A stretch of 64,000 nt of DNA from an uncultured virus (IMG/VR IMGVR_UViG_3300030339_000017) (Duplodnaviria; Heunggongvirae; Uroviricota; Caudoviricetes): the IMG/VR virus record IMGVR_UViG_3300030339_000017; one strand, given 5' to 3'. The position numbers and the translations under genes are program-made. The notes below the pieces were generated by a model. The model was not told the origin of the DNA and did not search any database. It worked only from the letters and a program-made list of their open reading frames with translations. Positions within the stretch are counted from its first letter, which is position 1, and every line of letters begins with the position of its first letter. This document shows, piece by piece, positions 47,290 to 59,200 of this stretch.

Positions 47290-50200
47290 TTACAGGAATC
47301 GAGTTACCTTAGGAGGTTTTCTATGGCCTCTGGTCCTTCCTATTGAAGGGTCTTTAGGTCCTGCAATATTGAAGATTGGTCCAATATTCTTTTGCATATA
47401 TTTTACTTTTGGTTCAAGGTCCGGATGTAAAAAATATTCATAAATACTCTTTCCTATAGGGGTCAGTTTTATAACCTGCTTTTCCCACTTTGGAAGACCC
47501 TTGTACTGCCCCCTACCAACTGCATCTCCGTACGTTCCATCCTCGAAAGAAGATAGTATTTCTCCCATAACATCTAATTGATTAGTTGCTGCAGTTGGGC
47601 TCTTTAAGATACTTAAAGCGTCATATGGAGAATACACTGCATTTTGTTGATATAACGTTCTCATAGCTAATACATATAGTTGAGTCTCTGCAGAAGGCTT
47701 TTCTTTATCTTTATCTGGCTTACTTGGTTTAAGTAAACTACATAATAAGGCTACGCCGAACATATACTTTATTTCATTTGCAGTTTTCTTTACATTATAT
47801 ACTTGATGCGCATCAGCATGATCCATAGTTTCTCTAAGGGGCTTAATTAGATTTGCTGTCAAAACATTCAGTAAACATTTAAAGCCAGTTTTAGATGTAA
47901 ATGGGGTTATGTACTGACCTTCATCCATTTGCTCCTTAGCATAGCTATACATCTTCCCACTAAACTTATCCTGTGCAGCACTAAGCATCCAGCCTCTAAA
48001 TAGCATTAAAGAACTGGCTATTGCATTTGTATTAATAGCATTTCTATCTGCGCTAGATAGCATACCATGTAATTTATCAGATAGAGTTCTTACTTGTAGA
48101 TTTACTGCTGAAACTACTTCATCTGTAGCATATTTTCTAAATTCTGGTAATATTGTTAGTTGTCCGGACTTTTTATCTATAGTAAACGCATCCCATAAAT
48201 TATTTGGCAATGCATTAAATATCTTAGTGGCTTCTTTTCTACCTAGTCCTGGATTTTCTGTCATGAATTTAGTAGCAAATTGATTTCTATTTATATATGT
48301 GTCTCCAGATAGTTTATATCCTCTATATACAGATCCAAGTATTCTTGATTTTACTATAAAGTCTCCTGCGGTATATACATTATATACAAGATGCTCCTTT
48401 GCATAATTAATAGCTTGAATTCCATTACTGCCCTTAGATGACTCTATATCATTAATTGATATATCATTTAGCCTCATCATTGCTACTAATTTATTATTAA
48501 ATCTTCTAGTAGTAAGTGAAGTAAGTGCCTCAGGAAGCGTTTTAAGGAGATCTAAGCTACTTTCTCTTAAGTCATGTCTATTTATTAACTGCGCAATATC
48601 AGCCTCTGTTTGGAGGCTTAATTCAGACATAGTAAAGTTGGAGAATGCGACTAATGGGTTCCAGCCTAAGGTGACTGCCCTGAACCAACTATAAATTCCT
48701 CTAAGCGGCTTAGCTATATCGACAGAATAACCAGTAAAGGGCAAATGCACTGTCATTCTAGACGATCTTATACCAAACATTTCCCTATCTACCATGCCTT
48801 GAGCCCTTCTAAGTGCGTATGTGTTGCCTGCGGCACCAGCTACTATATCTTCTTTTGATATATTCTTCTTTGCCCCAGATTCAAACATAGTCCTTAGATA
48901 TGACTTATTAGAAGCAGAAGTCCTATTCATAGCTTCCATATATACCTGAATATCAGGCAATGCTTCTGATTGTCTCCTGAAATTAGCAGCAGCAGAATAA
49001 TACATAGCATACGAATGTATTAAATCTTTACTGATAGCATTAGGATTTTCTAAAGTCCTTTTATAGAATGTTGGAAGATTTTTTATAGGAGAGTTGTCCG
49101 GTCTAAATTTAGAGTCTATTTCTCCGCCAAAATCACTTTCTTCTGATTTTACAGCAACGGATCTCTTTATTTCATTCCATATGCCTTTGCCTATATTATC
49201 CTCTGCGAACATTCTTCTAAGTGAACCTGCGGATATTTGAGGCATTTTAAGTGGATTCTGTTTATTAGCATAGCTATACATAGAATCGGCCTCGGTCTTC
49301 ATATTAACCAACTTGTCATAGAAATCCTTCTTTAGTGGATCTTTGATTACATTGTTATATTCTTTGGAATTATCGTATAATGACTTCTTAGGCTGTATCC
49401 CAAATTTCTCTAATGAGTTATCGTAATTCTTATTTAGCCAGGGCGAGTCTTCATCAAATGTAGACCATACAGAATTAGGGAAACTTCTATCTATTAGCTT
49501 TTGATCTATTGGCTCTATTTTAGTCCAATATGGTTTTGGAGTTTCAGACACTCCATCTCTACCTATTATATGGTTATTTCTAAACCATTCACTTGATATT
49601 AACTGTTCAGAAGCACTTCCAGTTGCCATTTGAGAGTATTTTTCATATTCAGATAGATATTGTTTTGTTTTTACTAACTTAGCAATATCTTTGAATTCTG
49701 GACTAGATTTTTTATCTGGGTATTGTTTGTATTTAGCTAGTAAATCATTAGCTTCATCAACCCAATCTTTAGCATTCTTATTCCCAACCCTAGAAGATTC
49801 GAGCCTATCAACTCTAACTCCCATTGTATCTGGATCTCTAAATGACTTTAGTATTGATTGTTTTTGATCATATAAAGCCTGCCACTCTGGAGCCTGCTCT
49901 GCCTTCTCTATGGCATCCAGTTGGTCCCAGAATTTCTGATCTATAAGTTCCTTAGTGTTTGCCTTAATCCATTTCTGATAGTTTTCTGGAGACAATTCTT
50001 TCTTAGCCTCGTCTCTAGCTGAATTAAATGCGTCTCTATTTACTTTGTATTTTAGATTTTCGCTTTTTACTCTATTGTATTCGGCTATTTCTTTGGCTAT
50101 TTCTAAGTCGACACCAGTTTTAGGTAATCCATTGCCCTGCTGTCTATCAGATGCCAAGAATGCCCTATCCTTCTTCAAAGTAAATAGTCTTTCTTTGTCC

Positions 50201-52887
50201 TCTTTTGACATACTAAATACGTCTAATACTCCATTTTTCTTAGTGTATTTATCATATATAGCCATTATAGGGGCGTTTATCTCGTCTAATACATCAACAG
50301 CTACTGGTGATAGATTATGTTTCAATTCATAATACTCGGGGACAAATCTTCTTTCTGAATGTTTTGAATAGAAATCATCAATTTTCTTTATGTAATTAGA
50401 ATAATCAACTGGGTCTATAGGAGTATCATACGGACTTTGTAGATTAAATTCCTCTTTTATTGAATTAAGGAATTTAGTTCTATTTAAATCAAATAATCCA
50501 TACTTTAATGGAGATACTAGGAACCCGGTAAATTTACCTTCATGAGATTCCATGAATTTAGTAAATGAAGTATATGGATTGCCTTTACTAAAAGCTTTAG
50601 CAGATGCAGTAAGCTTTGGAATCCATTGGCTATTATTTACATCATATCTAACCTGATTTTGAACATTAGTCATATACCTACTAAGAGCCCTAATCCTTTC
50701 TACTCTAGAAAATGTAGGAGACCCAATAAATGTAGATACTAATGAAACATCTTTTGGTATTACAAATGTACCATATTTGAATTCATCTTTAGACGTTGTA
50801 GATCCAGATGCCTCTGATATATAGTTAAACCAGTTCCTAAAACTATATTCAAGTAATGGAGTAAATTTATCTCGTAGGTTTTGAAATGAAGCCTTTACCG
50901 ATTGTAATTGATTCTGAAACTTCTCTAGCTCTTTCTTATCCTCGTGCTTATTGTATATACTATCCTTATTGTCGTTTATCTCATTAATAGCATCTATAGA
51001 GTGATTAAACATTTTCAAGAAGTCATTATATAAACCCATTAGAGATTTTGCATCTATTTCGTTTCCAAGACTCATTTCTCTGGTCATATCATTAAGAGTC
51101 TTCTCTGCTATAGAACCTTGATTTAATGCATATGAAATAAAGTCCATAGCCGCCTTGGTTTCGCTTTCTCTTTCTATATTCTTTATAGTTCTATTTAGTT
51201 CCTCTGTTACTACTTTTGATACAGATGAATCATTCTTAAGAATATTAAGTCTTGATTTAAGTCCAGATATAATATCATCTTTTGTAGACATTGCCTTTTC
51301 AAGCATATCGCCTCTAGTCCATGATATATCTCTAGTTCTCTGTAAATTAAATCCAGCAGCTTCTACTTTTTCATCAGATCTTACTAGATCATTTGCTACT
51401 CCTTTTATGAAGTCGTCAAGAGATTTAGGATTATTTTCATATAACCAATCCTTAAGCAATTCAGAGTCTTTGAAACTCAATCCGAAGTTATCTATATATT
51501 GATCTACTGTGAATCCATTATTAAGTTTATAGAATTCATCATCTCCAGCGTCTAATATCTTTCCTGCAGAATCTATAATTGACTCTCTTTCCTCTTCTCC
51601 GCCTAGTAATCTTACTTTTCCTTCTCCGTATAGCGCCCACTTAGCTATATCGCTTAATGTAACGTCCTTGTTAAGTATATCTACCTCATCTGAATCAATC
51701 CCAAAGATATGCTTAATAGTGTCTGTAAATGCCTTAAAATAGCCTTTAACGGCTTCTACGAATCCTACATTCTTTTCGTGGTCTATAAGAGACTTAAATT
51801 CCTTATCAAGAGCGGCATTTATTATCTCATCATTTAATATATCTGTAGATAAATTGTCATTCTTATATAAATCAGTAATCTCAGCCTCATGACCCTCTAT
51901 AAGCTTAGATTGCTTTAGCAGATTATCATATACAGATCTTAAACTGTCGTCATTTCTAAGTGACTCTAGAAATGGATGCCCAAATATCTCATGCAGAGCA
52001 GTAGTCTCGTTAGCATAATCGCTAACTATATATGCTGATTTAGTCTTTGGATCGTATATACCAGGGATTCCATCTTCATATTCTGGAAATATAGTTTTTG
52101 CTTCTATTGCATTTATTGCTTTATAGTTAATTCCGGTTCTATCGCTAAGATTATCTGCAATAGAGAATACGGCCATTTTAGTATCTGGGCTAACTCGCCT
52201 TAATTTAGATACATTTTCAGTAAGATCTAATGTTCGCTTAGCATTATCCTCTACGGAATATATTTTAGGAGCAGATTCGCTTACTACAGTATCACTTTTT
52301 GACTCTAGTCCACTAAATTTATTAGTAAAATCAAATTGCTGTTGTGGTGTATATGATTTTGACTCCTTTAATGTCTTTAAAGCCTCTATAGACGCATCAT
52401 TGTATGGAGCTTCAGATCTAGCAGAGAGTCTACTAATTTTACCTTCAATATCGGCAGGTTTATTTACCTTTATTAATGACCATCCATTTTTATCTGGATT
52501 GCCTTTTGTACCGTCCTTTAATTCTAGTTCATAGTGATAATCAGCATTTTGAGACAGTAGGTAATTATTCTTTTTGGATATAGTCGATTTTAAGTCGATA
52601 ATACCCTTTCTATCCAGTGACGAACCATATGATTTACCTATGCTCTCTTTTACTGAAGATTTTGATACTGCTTCTCTAGAATTATTACTTGGTTTAACTA
52701 CAATATTTTCTTTAATCTCTTGATCTTCATCTGCCTTGTTTTGCAGTAGATCTTCTTTAGTCGGCCATTTATCGACACCGTTGTTTCGTTGCCATACCGC
52801 TATTTTAGCTGCAGCAAGAGCTGGATGAAGATTTAACTCCTCTGCCAGCTCTTGTACATCTTTATTTTTGTAATTTACACAATTCAT
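47290..52887 (-). CDS. Giant virion (ejected cargo) protein with zincin-like HEIFGH motif
   Basis: 1865 aa, next to virion RNAP gene as in Crassvirales. Confidence 0.75.
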   Translation of the reverse strand: MNCVNYKNKDVQELAEELNLHPALAAAKIAVWQRNNGVDKWPTKEDLLQNKADEDQEIKENIVVKPSNNSREAVSKSSVKESIGKSYGSSLDRKGIIDLKSTISKKNNYLLSQNADYHYELELKDGTKGNPDKNGWSLIKVNKPADIEGKISRLSARSEAPYNDASIEALKTLKESKSYTPQQQFDFTNKFSGLESKSDTVVSESAPKIYSVEDNAKRTLDLTENVSKLRRVSPDTKMAVFSIADNLSDRTGINYKAINAIEAKTIFPEYEDGIPGIYDPKTKSAYIVSDYANETTALHEIFGHPFLESLRNDDSLRSVYDNLLKQSKLIEGHEAEITDLYKNDNLSTDILNDEIINAALDKEFKSLIDHEKNVGFVEAVKGYFKAFTDTIKHIFGIDSDEVDILNKDVTLSDIAKWALYGEGKVRLLGGEEERESIIDSAGKILDAGDDEFYKLNNGFTVDQYIDNFGLSFKDSELLKDWLYENNPKSLDDFIKGVANDLVRSDEKVEAAGFNLQRTRDISWTRGDMLEKAMSTKDDIISGLKSRLNILKNDSSVSKVVTEELNRTIKNIERESETKAAMDFISYALNQGSIAEKTLNDMTREMSLGNEIDAKSLMGLYNDFLKMFNHSIDAINEINDNKDSIYNKHEDKKELEKFQNQLQSVKASFQNLRDKFTPLLEYSFRNWFNYISEASGSTTSKDEFKYGTFVIPKDVSLVSTFIGSPTFSRVERIRALSRYMTNVQNQVRYDVNNSQWIPKLTASAKAFSKGNPYTSFTKFMESHEGKFTGFLVSPLKYGLFDLNRTKFLNSIKEEFNLQSPYDTPIDPVDYSNYIKKIDDFYSKHSERRFVPEYYELKHNLSPVAVDVLDEINAPIMAIYDKYTKKNGVLDVFSMSKEDKERLFTLKKDRAFLASDRQQGNGLPKTGVDLEIAKEIAEYNRVKSENLKYKVNRDAFNSARDEAKKELSPENYQKWIKANTKELIDQKFWDQLDAIEKAEQAPEWQALYDQKQSILKSFRDPDTMGVRVDRLESSRVGNKNAKDWVDEANDLLAKYKQYPDKKSSPEFKDIAKLVKTKQYLSEYEKYSQMATGSASEQLISSEWFRNNHIIGRDGVSETPKPYWTKIEPIDQKLIDRSFPNSVWSTFDEDSPWLNKNYDNSLEKFGIQPKKSLYDNSKEYNNVIKDPLKKDFYDKLVNMKTEADSMYSYANKQNPLKMPQISAGSLRRMFAEDNIGKGIWNEIKRSVAVKSEESDFGGEIDSKFRPDNSPIKNLPTFYKRTLENPNAISKDLIHSYAMYYSAAANFRRQSEALPDIQVYMEAMNRTSASNKSYLRTMFESGAKKNISKEDIVAGAAGNTYALRRAQGMVDREMFGIRSSRMTVHLPFTGYSVDIAKPLRGIYSWFRAVTLGWNPLVAFSNFTMSELSLQTEADIAQLINRHDLRESSLDLLKTLPEALTSLTTRRFNNKLVAMMRLNDISINDIESSKGSNGIQAINYAKEHLVYNVYTAGDFIVKSRILGSVYRGYKLSGDTYINRNQFATKFMTENPGLGRKEATKIFNALPNNLWDAFTIDKKSGQLTILPEFRKYATDEVVSAVNLQVRTLSDKLHGMLSSADRNAINTNAIASSLMLFRGWMLSAAQDKFSGKMYSYAKEQMDEGQYITPFTSKTGFKCLLNVLTANLIKPLRETMDHADAHQVYNVKKTANEIKYMFGVALLCSLLKPSKPDKDKEKPSAETQLYVLAMRTLYQQNAVYSPYDALSILKSPTAATNQLDVMGEILSSFEDGTYGDAVGRGQYKGLPKWEKQVIKLTPIGKSIYEYFLHPDLEPKVKYMQKNIGPIFNIAGPKDPSIGRTRGHRKPPKVTRFL

Positions 52888-52890
52888 TTA

Positions 52891-53247
52891 TTAGTTCTTT
52901 AGGAATCTAAGTTTATATAAAGTACCTGTTATTAATTCAAGAATATCGTCACATATCTGCTGTGAATAACCATCTGTTAGATTTTCTCTGAAACTAGAAT
53001 AGTCTGATACTTTTAACTTAAGATATGTCACTGGGTTTAAGCCTTCATTTATTTCAAAAGAAGGATATCCTTTGATAATACCATATTTACCTTGATACGA
53101 CTCTATGAACCTATCTCTAAGGTCTACTATGTCCTGGTATAATGTATTTAATGCCATATGCACAGCAAAACTATCGGTCTGCAAGTGTGCTATGTGGATG
53201 TTTGTTTCTAGCTCAAATAGACTAGATGCGAATTCTTCTACTTTCAT
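52891..53247 (-). CDS. Ferritin/Dps-like protein (DUF5856-like)
   Basis: HIAHLQT.SFA.H.AL..LY...D.F.ESYQGKYG...LYKLRFL. Confidence 0.75.
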   Translation of the reverse strand: MKVEEFASSLFELETNIHIAHLQTDSFAVHMALNTLYQDIVDLRDRFIESYQGKYGIIKGYPSFEINEGLNPVTYLKLKVSDYSSFRENLTDGYSQQICDDILELITGTLYKLRFLKN

Positions 53248-53252
53248 ATTAT

Positions 53253-56200
53253 TTAATTACAATTTTTAAAATTTTCTATTTCTTCATCAGTCATTCTGGC
53301 TAATTCATCACTTGTTATTTTATCTAATCCCATTTTGATAAACTTATCATTTAATGAAGATATCTCATCTTCAGATAACTTCCCAAATTCAGACCTAGAC
53401 TTATCACTATCTGAACTACGTACATCAGTATTACTATTGATATCAGTGTTGATATTTTCTTTATTAGTTTCATTTCTAAATTCGTATTCTTTTGGAAGGA
53501 TTAGATTGTCTGGAATATAGTTACCAGATTTACCACTATTTATGTCGTTAATATGCTTAATTTCACTTCTAACATCTTCAACAGAATACGACTCGTCTGC
53601 AGAGTCAATTCTTGGTACATAAAATTTCTTATTCGGCTCATTATTTGCATCCTCAAAGAAACTTGCTAATTCTTCTCCTATATCATCAATTGATAAGCCT
53701 TTTTGGCTCTGTTTAAATACTTTTTGCAAATGAGAAGACTCAATTTCATCTGGAGTATACTCTCTATTTGTCTCATTCTTCTGTAATTCAGTACTATTTA
53801 CCACATCGCTATCACCAGTTTTAATGTCAGCAGTATCAGTAGGAGTAATCCCACTCATCTGCATATTATCTAATTCAGGTTCATTATTAATAGTATCAGA
53901 TACGATATTGTCTAACGAATTATCTTCAGATGGTGTTCTATTATCATTCGATTCACTTACAACTCCATCAAAATAATCTTTTGATACTCCATTTTTCTCT
54001 AGTTCATATGTAATTAATTTAGCATAATCCTTAGAAGCCTGAGAGCTTTCGTCATCTTTAAGTATAGTCAATGCGTATTTATACATGGCAGAATTAACCT
54101 GCTCTTCAGTATACCCTTGATTGTACAAATCTTCATACATAGTCTCCGCCACATCTTCGTGATTATCTATTTTCTTTGCCAACTCATTATATTCTGATAT
54201 TTTGTCATGTAAAACGACTGTAGTATCGTCTGGCTGAACGTTATGAACTGCCTTGTTATTTAGTATAGAATCTTTAGATATTGGCTCAAACGTATCAAAT
54301 GGTTCATATGAATTATTAGGGACTCTAGCAGCTTGAAATTTAGAATCCGAATTATATTCTTTTACTAATTTTCTAGTAAGCGCTTTAAATTCCTCATTAG
54401 TATATGTGTGATTTTCATCTACCTTTCCAAGTTCAGATAAGTTGTTGGATGGTATTATTGATTTGTCTAATCCGTATTCTAGTATGGATCTACCTGATAC
54501 CTTTTCACTTTTCTTATCTACAGCTATATATACAGGTTCTACGGTCTCTCCATTTCTAACGATGCCAATCTGTCTATATAATATGGTAGTACTATTATTT
54601 GCTCTGTCGGTATATGGAACTTTTAAGTAAGGATTGAATATTGGGTTATCCTCCAAATCAAGACTTACTGCTCTAGCATTTTCATGTATGAATATTGCAT
54701 CATGAGTAAGACCTTTAGCAAACTCCTGTCTAGATGGAATAGTTGGCATACTTACGAAGTTATCACCATCTTTATAGTGAGTTCTTACTTGAGGAACAAT
54801 TTTGTCATCAAACCAATTATTCACAAATAATTCCCTCATTGACTTTTCTTCATTTTCAAATGCAACTGGACTATTAGACAAGTCTGATAATCTCTTAGAT
54901 ATATAATCACCATATCCTAGTTCTTCTCTAACATCTTCACTCGCTTTTACTTGATTAAATGCTCCATTCTCTCCATTTGAAAAGAATTGATATAACATAA
55001 AATCAGTAGCGAATTTCTTGACATCTGGAAGCGGACTTTCTAGTAACTCTCCCCAATACTCTTTTACCTCAGTAGACGTAGCATCATCTTTTATAGAAGA
55101 AGTAACATAAATATGGTCAGGTCGTTGATTCAATTCATCTATCTTTGATATCTCTGGATTTATATTCTTGAATAATGTATTATTTTCCATTACTCCGTAA
55201 CCATCCTCATTATTTGATATCTTTTGTTTTAATCTATAAAGCTGCTTAGCAACGCTATTTTGACCAAAGAATATGTCTTTTACATCTGTATTGTTCTCTT
55301 TAGCATAATTTAGCCAGAAATCAGACTTTAGCATAGTATCAGAAGAGTTCGCTATTTTTAATATAGTTTCTTCTGGAGTTATATTTCTAGAGGATGTTAA
55401 TCCGGCGGCTCTATCTATAAAATCAGCCACAGACTGAGTGGTTCTAAAGAATCTTCCCCTGCCAAGAGTATTCGCAGCGTCTACAGCATTTCTAAGTTTT
55501 GAATCTAAGAATGTAGAACCAAAATAACTAGTCGCATTTCTAAATACGCCTTTATTACCAAGGCTCTTAATCGATTCTACGTTCTTAGCAAATAGATTTA
55601 TAGAGGTTATGCTATTATTCCATTTCTTGTTATCTACCTGAGAGTATTTTACAAGCTCTGCTAATGACTTAGCAAATGGAGTTAATTCATTAAACGTATC
55701 AGCCACTAATAACTGATTGTATAAGTACTTAAATGAATTTCTATCAGAACCTAATTGCTCCCTTAGATATGGCAAACTTAATACATGGTCATTGGATAGT
55801 ATTTTATGCTTAGCATCATCATACTTTTCTAGACCATCCATAAGTCTTTTTTTGACTCCATCGGGATCTCCTTCGACTCTTATGGCGTCCATCGCTCTGT
55901 TCTTGTATTTAGCATAGGTCAGTTTAGATAATAGACTTTGCATTTCAGAATCAGAAACATTTTTAGGCCTGCCATACTGGCTACTATTCATTCTTATAGA
56001 ATCTGCAATATCTTTTAATATTGGTTGAGATGTAAAGTAGAATGTATTTTTGCCTATACCTGTTCTAAGCAGCAAATTAACCATATTATGAGTATATGGG
56101 TTTACATTTAATCTTACTATATATGGATCTTTTTCAGCATCTACGTGAGCATTTATAAGTGCAGACTCCCAGTCTAGAATTCTAAGGCCATCATTTCCCA

Positions 56201-59200
56201 CTATATTGTGTAGACTTTGCATTCCAAATTTCTTTATAGGGCCCCTACTTATAAATTCTAATTCGCCTTGTTGAGTAAGAACGTGATTTGAATTGTTTAA
56301 TGCGTATGGAGCAATACCAGACTTACTAGTTATAAATTCCTCTTTCTTCTGAGATTGAAATGCCGGAGTTAAATACTTGAATGCATAACTATCTTTTTCC
56401 GATGGAGATAAGTTCTCTATATCCTTAAGAATAGATCCTTTTAATTCGTCAGTCACGGTATCAAGTGGCTGTCTAGTTTCCTGTATATTATTTGGATCAG
56501 TAAGAACAGCATGAAATGTATCTAGGAGCCTATTTTGAACAGCCTCTTTCGAATTCAAATTATAAACGTCTTCGCCAAACTCTCCTTTAATGTTATCATC
56601 AAATTTAACTTTAGACATTTTACCATTCTCGTCTAACTTGTAATTATATCTAGCCAAAAACAATTTATCAATATCAAAGTCAGATCCAGTTAATTTAGTG
56701 AACTCATCTGGAAGAACTATTGTGTCTCCAATATTTGATGGAAGAACATCTGCTATTCTAAGTGATGACATTGAAGATAATCCCTGTGTAGGAACACGAT
56801 ATCCAATTGATGACGGTCCTGATTTTTCTCCAATTATATCATTGTCTATCAGCCATTGTTTTTGAGAAGTAAAGTCTTGTAGTTCCGTAGGAATTATATC
56901 TTTATATAAATTTATAGATACGACACAGTCCATCGAGCCATCTTTATTCAAGAAATTCAGTTTTTTGCCATCATTTATTAGGTATTTACCATTAGTTTTT
57001 TCCTCAAACTTTTCTTGAGTAAAATCAGATGCCTTTAATTTGGTAGCAGATCTATCTAACCCAAATGGCGTCATTTGAATAAACATTCCACCTGGAGTCT
57101 CAACATCTATTACTCTTTTGCCCACATTAGACATTATTCTAGATTCAATCCATTTCCAGTCTAATAAAGCCTGTAATGGATATCTCTTTTTATCAGCAGA
57201 TGTTCTAGCTAATTTTTCTACAATATCTGATGACATTCCAGATTCATCTGCATCTTTAGATAGCAAATTATACAATTTACCATCATCTGCAGTATCAACC
57301 CCTAACTCTTTGTTAAAGCTAATGCCTAGTTCATGAGTAAGAGACGCAAACCCTTTGTTAGATAAGGCTATATTAGCCCTTCTTGATGCATCTAGTATAT
57401 CTTTACCACTAGCTCCTCTAGAATCCTTAAAATCTATGTTAGAATACGTTCTAGATGGGTCTATATTAGATAAAGCGACCTTATTGGCCTGAGTACCTAA
57501 ATTTAACTCACTTGATTCATGTGGATCTGTTATCAACTGTCTTCTCAGGTATTTATATTGTTGAGAAGTAGTTTGCATTTGAGATAAGTCATTTATACTT
57601 GATTTGTCATCAGAATAATACGACATTGAGTTTTCATGACCAACTTTAACAGCACTATCAAATGCTACCATGTCTATTTTAGATAAAGTAGGGTCTACTG
57701 AATTCATTCTTTCATACAATGGAGCTAAATCACCACCGGCTAAAGTCTTAAATAAGCAGAACATAGCCATCTTATCCAACTTAGGAACGTTTACATTAAA
57801 ATCTGGATTTAGTTTGTCTCCGAAATATATCATCTTTAATGGTTTCAATGCCATAGACAATACTTCGTTATATTTCTTAGGGTCTGACATCCACGAAGAA
57901 TCATCAGACTCCAGCATATCAAATGCATTTTGCATTTTAGGGCTCCATTCTCCAAGCATTTGTACTATATTCCTATAGAATGCTGGAGATACTATTACGG
58001 TAGCATCAGTTTGATTTATCCTATTTTTACCATACCCCTCGAAACTGTTCTTTACTTCTTTTAATCCTGCAGCGAACTCGCCTTCATTAAGTTTTTGTAA
58101 CTTCTTTAACTCAAGAGATGATTCTTCGTTCTTTTCTCCGGTACTATATTCATTTCTAATTAAATCCTCTAGATTGTATATAGTCTCTTTACCAGATGAT
58201 TTAAGATTTTCATTTATCGAATTAGACAAGAACTTGCTTTTCAATTCATTAAATTGCTGACTCTCTACTAAATTATCTTTTAGTTCGGTAGAAGTAAATT
58301 CTTCTAGACCATGAAGTCTATGTCCAATAGGCCAATCAGTCCTAAGATTTGTGCCAGTAGATAATATAGAAGATAAACGCTTGATTTTAGTATCTGGATC
58401 TGAGTAGAATGCAGGGTCTTTAGATATTATCTTTTCAAATTCATTTACAGATATGATACCATTAACCATCCCCTCTCCAATCATTTGTATTACAGCGGCT
58501 TGGTCTTCGTAGTTATTGTACTTCCCTTTAAATATAGATCTGCTAGCCTCTCTATAGTTCTTATTAAATTCTCCTCTATCAAGAAGTTTGTTCTCTAATG
58601 TATGTATATTTTTGCCATCATACTCTATAACGCCTATTTTACTGGCATATTCTAGTTCTTTATATAAACCTTCAGTAAGAGCACTGTTCATTAGATTATC
58701 CCTAGCTGAACTTGCTGACTCAACAGAGTCTGACTCTTTATTGGTGACAAATGTTTTCTCAAGTAAATCTAGAGCTTTAGTTAGACCATTTTCAGGATCT
58801 ACTTTAACAGCATTGTCTAAATATGAATTCAAGCCTTTATTCCATGACTTTTCTTCTCCATCTAGAATTATGCTAGGTTTTACGTCTCCAAAATGTCTAA
58901 ATCTTAGACCATTACCATGATTTCCGGCCCATCTTTCTCCAGTTTCAGGATTCTTTCCTTTGTAATGATAAGTATCAAGTAATTTACTTTCATCTCCGTT
59001 TGCAGATTGATAGTCTTTCCAGGCTGATTTTATTGAGTTCAACTCGGCAATAAAGTATTCTCCAATTTGAGACTTAGCCTCATTTCCAAAGTTAATATTT
59101 ATTATATTCGAGTGAGTGCCATCTCCATTGTCGACAACGTCCCTACTATATGATATGTTCTCATGAACTAATTTTAGACCATTCATGAACATATATGTCT